A stretch of DNA of 64,000 nt from the NCBI GenBank assembly GCA_900617105.1, contig UYFQ01000006.1, positions 1 through 64,000 on the forward strand, written 5' to 3'. The notes under the pieces were generated by a model. That model was given only the letters and a program-made list of their open reading frames with translations. It ran no database searches and was not told the origin of the DNA. Shown here in pieces: positions 58,229-64,000 of the stretch. Position 1 is the first letter of the stretch. Each line of letters starts with the position of its first letter. Position numbers and translations under genes: made by a program. The stretch comes from Hydrurus foetidus (taxonomy: Eukaryota).

Positions 58229-59203
58229 TTAGCTTTGGGCACGGTTTTCTGGATTGAACGCATGCGCCGCCACCAAACAATCCCGAAACACCAGCGCCGC
58301 CCGTGAGGGTTTGGGGGCGGGCCGGGTGATCGCCACAAAACGTGCGTCATACCGGAACACCGCCGGTTGCACGGCCTGCATCTGGCCGCTGGCCTCGAAT
58401 TGGCGGGCGTAGTGATCGGGCAAAAATCCCAAAAATTTGCCCGACAGAATCAGCATGGCGATGGCTTCTTGATCGAATCCTGTGGCGGCGCGGGGCAGGC
58501 GCATTTGGTGGCTGAGTTCCATGTTGGGGGAGTGGTAGCCCAAGCCTGCAAAGCGGTGATTGCGCAGGTCTGACCAATCAAGTTTGCTGTTCTTTTTAAC
58601 AACTTCAGGGCTGCTGCCGTAAAGGGGATGGGCCCTTGCGCAGTACAGCAGCATGGCCTCGCCAAATAAATCGTTGTAGCCCAATGCATCGGAATTACGG
58701 TGGGCAGGGATGATGCCGACGTGGTATTCGCCCGCAATCACCGCTTGCTCGATGGTGTTGATAGGTGCGACATGCAGCACCAGCTTGACCTGCGGGGCCG
58801 CGTCCGTGAAGACGGCAATGGCCTGGGGGATGCGGGCTTGCGGGTTGGTGGCGCTTTTGTCGAACACGGCCACATGCAGCTCGCCGCCCATGCGCTGGTG
58901 GATATCGTCCATGCTGGCGCGGAAATCAGCGGTGGCAGCGAGCAAGCGCAGGGTCTCGGTGTGGACGCGCTCGCCCTCTGCCGTCAACGCAAAACCCGCG
59001 CGGCCCCGGCGGCACAGCACCAGCCCCAGACGCAACTCCAGGTCTTTGATGTGGCGGCTGATGGTGGAAACGCCGATGTTCAGCTCCAGCTCGGCAGCCG
59101 CCATGCCGCCGCAGTCCACAACGCATTTAAAGACGCGCAGCAAGCGTAAATCCATGTCACTGAGTTGGCCCAGCACGGCCTTGGTTTTGGTTTTGGTTTT
59201 CAT
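58229..59203 (-). CDS. LysR-family regulator (BauR-like)
   Basis: DLRLLRVF..CGG..AA.LEL..STISRH HTH; divergent from the aminotransferase. Confidence 0.9.
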   Translation of the reverse strand: MKTKTKTKAVLGQLSDMDLRLLRVFKCVVDCGGMAAAELELNIGVSTISRHIKDLELRLGLVLCRRGRAGFALTAEGERVHTETLRLLAATADFRASMDDIHQRMGGELHVAVFDKSATNPQARIPQAIAVFTDAAPQVKLVLHVAPINTIEQAVIAGEYHVGIIPAHRNSDALGYNDLFGEAMLLYCARAHPLYGSSPEVVKKNSKLDWSDLRNHRFAGLGYHSPNMELSHQMRLPRAATGFDQEAIAMLILSGKFLGFLPDHYARQFEASGQMQAVQPAVFRYDARFVAITRPAPKPSRAALVFRDCLVAAHAFNPENRAQS

Positions 59204-59324
59204 GCTTTCCTCGTTTACTTTCATAAATACACAAGTGAGTGGTGACAATTAATCCTTTATCAGAGTAACAGAGTCCCCCAGAATCAGCGCACACTGCAAC
59301 ACACCAACCCACCCGGAGCAAGCT

Positions 59325-60683
59325 ATGGATTTGAGCGACACCCAACAATTGAACACACCCGCCAAGCCTCGCATGGATGCCGCCTGGCTGGAAGCACACT
59401 GGATGCCCTACACCGGCAACCGCGAGTTCAAAGCCAACCCGCGCATGATCGTCGGGGCCAAGGGCTGCTACTACACCGACGCCGATGGTCGCCAGATTTT
59501 TGACGGCCTCTCCGGCCTGTGGACATGCGGACTGGGCCACGGCCGCCCCGAGATCACCGCCGCAGTGACGAAGCAGATGAGCACGCTGGACTACTCCCCT
59601 GCGTTCCAATTTGGCCACCCGCTGTCGTTTGAGTTGGCGAACAAGCTGGTGGAACTCACCCCCCAAGGCCTCGACCATGTGTTCTTCACCGGCTCAGGCT
59701 CCGAATCGGCCGACACCTCGCTGAAGATGGCCCGCGCCTACTGGCGGCTGAAGGGTCAGCCCGGCAAAACGCGCCTGATTGGCCGCGAAAAGGGCTACCA
59801 CGGCGTGAACTACGGTGGCATCTCGGTGGGTGGCATTGCAGCCAACCGCAAGATGTTCGGTCAAGGCATTGAAGCCGACCACTTGCCACACACCCAGCTC
59901 AAAAAGAACGTGTTTTCACGCGGCATGCCAACGCAGGGCGTGGAGCTGGCCGATGAGCTGCTCAACCTCATCGCGCTGCACGATGCGTCCACCATTGCCG
60001 CCGTCATCATCGAGCCGTTCTCGGGCTCCGCAGGGGTGGTGATTCCGCCTGTGGGCTACTTGCAGCGCCTGCGCGACATTTGCACCGCGCACAACATCCT
60101 GCTGATTTTTGACGAGGTGATTTCCGCCTTTGGCCGTTCTGGCGCGTACACCGGCGCTGAGGCGTTTGGCGTGACCCCTGACATCCTGAACGCCGCCAAG
60201 CAAATCACCAACGGCGCACAGCCGCTGGGCGTGGTGATCGCCAAAAAAGATATATACGACACCTTCATGGCCGCCGGCGGCCCCGAGTACATGTTGGAAT
60301 TCCCCCACGGCTACACCTACTCGGCGCACCCCGTGCCCTGCGCTGCAGGTATTGCTGTGCTGGACTTGCTGGTCAAAGAAAACATGATTGAGCGCGTCAA
60401 CGCCCTGTCGCCGTACTTTGAGAGCGCGGTACACAGCCTGAAAGGCACGAAATACATCACCGACATCCGTAACTTCGGTCTGGCCGCTGGTCTGACGATT
60501 GAGGCTTTGCCCGGTGAACCCGCCCGCCGCCCGTATGAAATTGCCATGAAATGCTGGCAAAAGGGCGTTTACGTGCGCTACGGTGGCGATACCATCCAGA
60601 TGGCCCCTCCCTTTATCGCTGAGCGCCACGAGATTGACCGCATGGTCAACATTGTTGGGGAATCCATCAACGAACTGGCTTGA
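59325..60683 (+). CDS. Omega-amino acid (beta-alanine)-pyruvate aminotransferase, class III
   Basis: HWMPYT.NR.FK, SGSES.DT, GYHG, FDEVI and HGYTYSAHP motifs. Confidence 0.92.
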   Translation: MDLSDTQQLNTPAKPRMDAAWLEAHWMPYTGNREFKANPRMIVGAKGCYYTDADGRQIFDGLSGLWTCGLGHGRPEITAAVTKQMSTLDYSPAFQFGHPLSFELANKLVELTPQGLDHVFFTGSGSESADTSLKMARAYWRLKGQPGKTRLIGREKGYHGVNYGGISVGGIAANRKMFGQGIEADHLPHTQLKKNVFSRGMPTQGVELADELLNLIALHDASTIAAVIIEPFSGSAGVVIPPVGYLQRLRDICTAHNILLIFDEVISAFGRSGAYTGAEAFGVTPDILNAAKQITNGAQPLGVVIAKKDIYDTFMAAGGPEYMLEFPHGYTYSAHPVPCAAGIAVLDLLVKENMIERVNALSPYFESAVHSLKGTKYITDIRNFGLAAGLTIEALPGEPARRPYEIAMKCWQKGVYVRYGGDTIQMAPPFIAERHEIDRMVNIVGESINELA

Positions 60684-60708
60684 CAGCAAAGCCCCAGAAA
60701 GTTCCCGC

Positions 60709-61965
60709 ATGAAAATCATCATCCTTGGCAGCGGCGTGATCGGCACCACCACCGCCTACTACCTGGCCCGCTCAGGCCACGAAGTGACGGTGATTGACCG
60801 GCAACCCGGCCCCGGCTTGGAAACCAGCTTTGCCAATGCCGGGGAAATCTCCCCCGGTTATTCATCCCCCTGGGCTGGCCCAGGCGTACCGCTCAAAGCC
60901 CTGAAGTGGCTGACCATGCAGCACAGCCCGCTGGTCATCAAACCCATGCTTGACCCCGCCATGTGGCGCTGGGGCCTCGCCATGCTGCGCAACTGCACCG
61001 AGGCCCGCTACGAGGTCAACAAAAGCCGCATGGTGCGCTTGGCCGAATACAGCCGTGACGCGATGGTGGCATTGCGCCACGAGACCGGTATCACCTACGA
61101 CGAGCGCACCAAAGGCACGCTGCAAGTGTTCCGCACCCAAGCGCAGCTGGACGGTATTGGCAAAGACGTGGCAATTTTGAAGCGCTACGGTGTGCCGTTC
61201 GACGTGCTGGACATGCCCGGCTGCATCGCCCACGAACCGGCATTGGCACTGGTCAAAGAGAAATTCGTCGGCGGCCTGCGCCTGCCCGGTGACGAAACCG
61301 GCGACTGCTTTTTGTTCACCCAGCGGCTGGCCAAAATGGCCGAAGACCTGGGTGTGCAGTTCCGCTACGGCACCGACATCCAAGGCCTGAAGCACACCGA
61401 TTCACACATCACCGGTGTGACCATTGAAGGCGGCGAACTGCACGCCGATGCCTACCTCTGCGCCCTGGGAAGCTACTCGCCCCTGCTGCTCAAACCGCTG
61501 GGTCTGCAGCTACCGGTGTACCCCGTCAAAGGCTTCTCGATCACCGTGCCCATCACCGACTTCAAGGGTGCCCCCGAATCCACCGTGATGGACGAAACCT
61601 ACAAAGTCGCCGTCACCCGCCTGGGCGACCGCATCCGCGTAGGTGGTACCGCGCAACTCTCAGGCTACGACCTGAGCCTGAGCGCCTCCCGCCGCGAAAC
61701 GCTGGACTTTGTGCTGAGCGACTGCTTCCCGAAAGGTGGCGACCTGAACCAAGCCAAATTCTGGACAGGCCTGCGCCCCATGACCCCCGACGGCACACCC
61801 ATCCTGGGCGGCACCCGTTTCAGCAACCTGCACCTCAGCACCGGCCACGGCACGCTGGGTTGGACAATGGCCGCAGGCACAGGGCGGGTGATGGCGGATT
61901 TGCTGTCCAAACGCAAGCCAGAGATTGACATGGAGGGGTTGACGTTGGCGCGGTATGGGGGGTGA
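60709..61965 (+). CDS. dadA: D-amino acid dehydrogenase
   Basis: [29 protein letters not shown] and GHGTLGWT motifs. Confidence 0.93.
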   Translation: MKIIILGSGVIGTTTAYYLARSGHEVTVIDRQPGPGLETSFANAGEISPGYSSPWAGPGVPLKALKWLTMQHSPLVIKPMLDPAMWRWGLAMLRNCTEARYEVNKSRMVRLAEYSRDAMVALRHETGITYDERTKGTLQVFRTQAQLDGIGKDVAILKRYGVPFDVLDMPGCIAHEPALALVKEKFVGGLRLPGDETGDCFLFTQRLAKMAEDLGVQFRYGTDIQGLKHTDSHITGVTIEGGELHADAYLCALGSYSPLLLKPLGLQLPVYPVKGFSITVPITDFKGAPESTVMDETYKVAVTRLGDRIRVGGTAQLSGYDLSLSASRRETLDFVLSDCFPKGGDLNQAKFWTGLRPMTPDGTPILGGTRFSNLHLSTGHGTLGWTMAAGTGRVMADLLSKRKPEIDMEGLTLARYGG

Positions 61966-61997
61966 TCTAGCGAGCGATGTACCCTGCGCCACCGTCT

Positions 61998-62399
61998 TCA
62001 AGCTGGGCAAATCAGCCGAACAGAGGGAAAGTAGCTGGTGTACCGCGCTGAATCCCGCGTCAGAATCACCCAACCCTCAGACTGAGCCTGTGCGCCGATG
62101 AAGAAATCGGCCAATACCCCAGTCTTGGTGCCTTTGCGTTTGCGGTAGAGCAAAAACGCCTCACCTGCAAAATAAGCGGCTGGGCGAGAAATAGGCTTCA
62201 CACTGATCTTGGCACGCTTTAAGAAAGCGTCCAAAACCACCATCGTCTCAAACGCAGGCACCAACTCAGCGTAACCCACAGAGTTGATGCACAACGGGCC
62301 TTTTTGCATCGCGGCAAACAGTTGCGTTGCAGACCAAGAGGCCCACACTGGGTCGTCTTGCACCAAATCAATCAGCACATTGGTATCTACCAGCGTCAT
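61998..62399 (-). CDS. vapC: VapC-family PIN toxin
   Basis: LVDTNVLID, YAEL, DFFIGA and LTRD motifs. Confidence 0.88.
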   Translation of the reverse strand: MTLVDTNVLIDLVQDDPVWASWSATQLFAAMQKGPLCINSVGYAELVPAFETMVVLDAFLKRAKISVKPISRPAAYFAGEAFLLYRKRKGTKTGVLADFFIGAQAQSEGWVILTRDSARYTSYFPSVRLICPA

Positions 62400-62641
62400 G
62401 CTTGGTTCCAATCTTCCCCTCGGGTCATTTGCATGACTTGCTCGGTGGAGATTTTGCGGTTTCCCGTTCCGCGTAGCGCCGTGAAAGGGTTCACCGTGTC
62501 AACTTGGCGCACAGGCTTGGCGACCAGTCGCAAATGTTTTTCGAGCGCCTGTTGCACCACAGCAGATTTGCTAAGGTGCTGCGCTTCGCAGTACGCGGAA
62601 AGCTGGATTTCCAAAGGGGAAGGTAAGCGAACTGAAAGCAT
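62396..62641 (-). CDS. Ribbon-helix-helix antitoxin
   Basis: MLSVRLP...SKSAVV.AL and STEQVMQMTRG; ATGA overlap with the toxin gene. Confidence 0.82.
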   Translation of the reverse strand: MLSVRLPSPLEIQLSAYCEAQHLSKSAVVQQALEKHLRLVAKPVRQVDTVNPFTALRGTGNRKISTEQVMQMTRGEDWNQA

Positions 62642-62729
62642 GAATTAATTCACATCCGTATGACAACAATGGCCTATCAGTGTATGACAATAAGCCCTCA
62701 TTGCTCTTAACCTGAACACCGAAACCACC

Positions 62730-63119
62730 ATGTCCACCCCAAAAAGCGTCCTCATCATCGGCCTGCAACCTCACCTCATCGACTTCTCAGCGCCTGATTA
62801 CGCTGCGTTCCCCGGTTTAGATGCTGCCAAAGTCATGGCTTCGCTGGAGGCTGATGAAGCCAACCTGATAGCGCTGGGCTACGACGCCAAAATGTGCCTG
62901 ACGGATTTTGGCGACACCGCTGAAGCAGCCGTCATTGCCGCCCTCAAGCAGCAGCCTTTTGACTGCGTGCTGGTGGGTGCCGGGGTGCGAACCATCGGCA
63001 AGCATTTCATGCTGTTTGAAAAAGTCATCAACGCCATCCACGCCAACGCCCCCCAAGCCAAACTGTGCTTCAACACCAAACCCAGCGATACCGCTGAAGC
63101 GGTGCAGCGCTGGGTTTAA
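62730..63119 (+). CDS. Conserved hypothetical protein
   Basis: Host-like codon usage; GAGVR..FEK.IN..H..AP.A..CFNT.P..AVQRW pattern. Confidence 0.75.
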   Translation: MSTPKSVLIIGLQPHLIDFSAPDYAAFPGLDAAKVMASLEADEANLIALGYDAKMCLTDFGDTAEAAVIAALKQQPFDCVLVGAGVRTIGKHFMLFEKVINAIHANAPQAKLCFNTKPSDTAEAVQRWV

Positions 63120-63125
63120 CGATCA

Positions 63126-63186
63126 GGTGGTGTAAATTCGTCCACTTGGTGGTTGAATTTACACCACCAAGTGGACGAATTTACAC
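63126..63186. repeat. Compound inverted repeat built from a 22-bp unit
   Basis: GTGTAAATTCGTCCACTTGGTGG (63130-63152) is the perfect reverse complement of 63164-63186. 63126-63139 also pairs with 63155-63168. Confidence 0.85.
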
Positions 63187-63225
63187 AGCGGCAACCCCGC
63201 CATGACCCCACGCACACCCTGAGTC

Positions 63226-64000
63226 ATGGACCACTTCAAACAACTCCAAACCTTCGCGTCCATCGCCGCCAAAGGCAGCCTGACAGCAGCCGCCAAGGCG
63301 CAAGGCGTTGCACCTGCCATCATGGGCCGCCGTCTGGACGCACTGGAGCAGCGGTTGGGCGTGAAGCTGCTGGTGCGCAGCACGCGGCGCATCAGCCTGA
63401 CGCACGAAGGCAGTGCGTTTTTGGAAGACTGCCAGCGCATCCTCGCTGATCTGGCCAACGCCGAGGCCAGCGTCTCTGCGGGCGGCATCAAGGCCAGCGG
63501 GCATTTGCGGCTGACCGCCCCTGCCGGGTTTGGCCGCCGCCACGTGGCCCCGCTGGTGCCACGTTTTCGCGAGCTTCACCCCGAAGTTACCATCTCCCTG
63601 AACTTGAGCGACCGGGTGGTGGACATTGCCGGGGAAGCCTATGACTGCGCCGTGCGGGTCGGCGACATGCCTGATTCGTCGATGGTCAGCGTGCGCTTGG
63701 CCGCGAACCGGCGCTTGTGCGTGGCAACACCCAAGTATTTACAGCAGCACGGTACGCCGCAGCACCCGAGCGAGCTGGGCAAATTCGCCTGCCTGACGCT
63801 TTCCAGCGATGCATCGCAAACCCGAGGCTGGGCGTTTTGCCTGGACGCACCAGAAAGCGAACAGAGCGATGCCAACCCCGGCACCGTCACCTACCTCAAA
63901 CCCCACGGCCCGCTGGACTGCTCAGACGGCCAAGTGCTGCACGACTGGTGCCTCGCGGGCTACGGCATCGCATGGCGCAGCACCTGGGAAGTAGAAGGCG
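63226..64000 (+). CDS. LysR-family regulator (partial, runs off window)
   Basis: MDHFKQLQTF..KGSLTAAA..RRLDALE.RLGVKLL.RSTR. Absent from the ORF track because there is no stop. Confidence 0.9.
   Translation, partial: MDHFKQLQTFASIAAKGSLTAAAKAQGVAPAIMGRRLDALEQRLGVKLLVRSTRRISLTHEGSAFLEDCQRILADLANAEASVSAGGIKASGHLRLTAPAGFGRRHVAPLVPRFRELHPEVTISLNLSDRVVDIAGEAYDCAVRVGDMPDSSMVSVRLAANRRLCVATPKYLQQHGTPQHPSELGKFACLTLSSDASQTRGWAFCLDAPESEQSDANPGTVTYLKPHGPLDCSDGQVLHDWCLAGYGIAWRSTWEVEG

Overview
This is a betaproteobacterial chromosomal window, most likely Comamonadaceae (inferred from gene content and repeat types). (1) Positions ~1-28.6 kb look like an accessory purine-utilisation island. It is bounded by an IS6 remnant on the left and an IS91-like transposase tail on the right. 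It carries urate-to-allantoate genes (puuD, uraH, a uraD-allantoate amidohydrolase fusion, puuE, an M20 hydrolase, an NCS2 permease, GntR), a glyoxylate-to-pyruvate operon (gcl, hyi, glxR, glycerate kinase, pyk, eno), an AT-rich triple-Rid protein and two IS4-family elements. It also holds an unusual second cassette: RpiR regulator, MFS transporter, a hydantoin-racemase homolog lacking both catalytic cysteines, a signal-peptide-bearing OHCU decarboxylase homolog and a porin. (2) Positions ~28.9-52 kb hold dbpA, a TelA/XpaC-like/vWA/solute-binding/YiaAB envelope-stress cluster with an AT-rich PIN-like gene inserted, REP-like repeats, ilvA preceded by a candidate small RNA, an ECF sigma/ferredoxin trio, and a T2SS operon (gspC, G-K) that stops after gspK. 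(3) Positions ~52.1-56.3 kb hold a self-sufficient catabolic reductive dehalogenase plus MarR between IS6 remnants. (4) The rest has an ABC exporter, LysR with an omega-aminotransferase and dadA, a vapBC-type pair and a partial LysR. I saw no rRNA, tRNA or CRISPR array. All family calls come from motif recognition by eye, not database searches.
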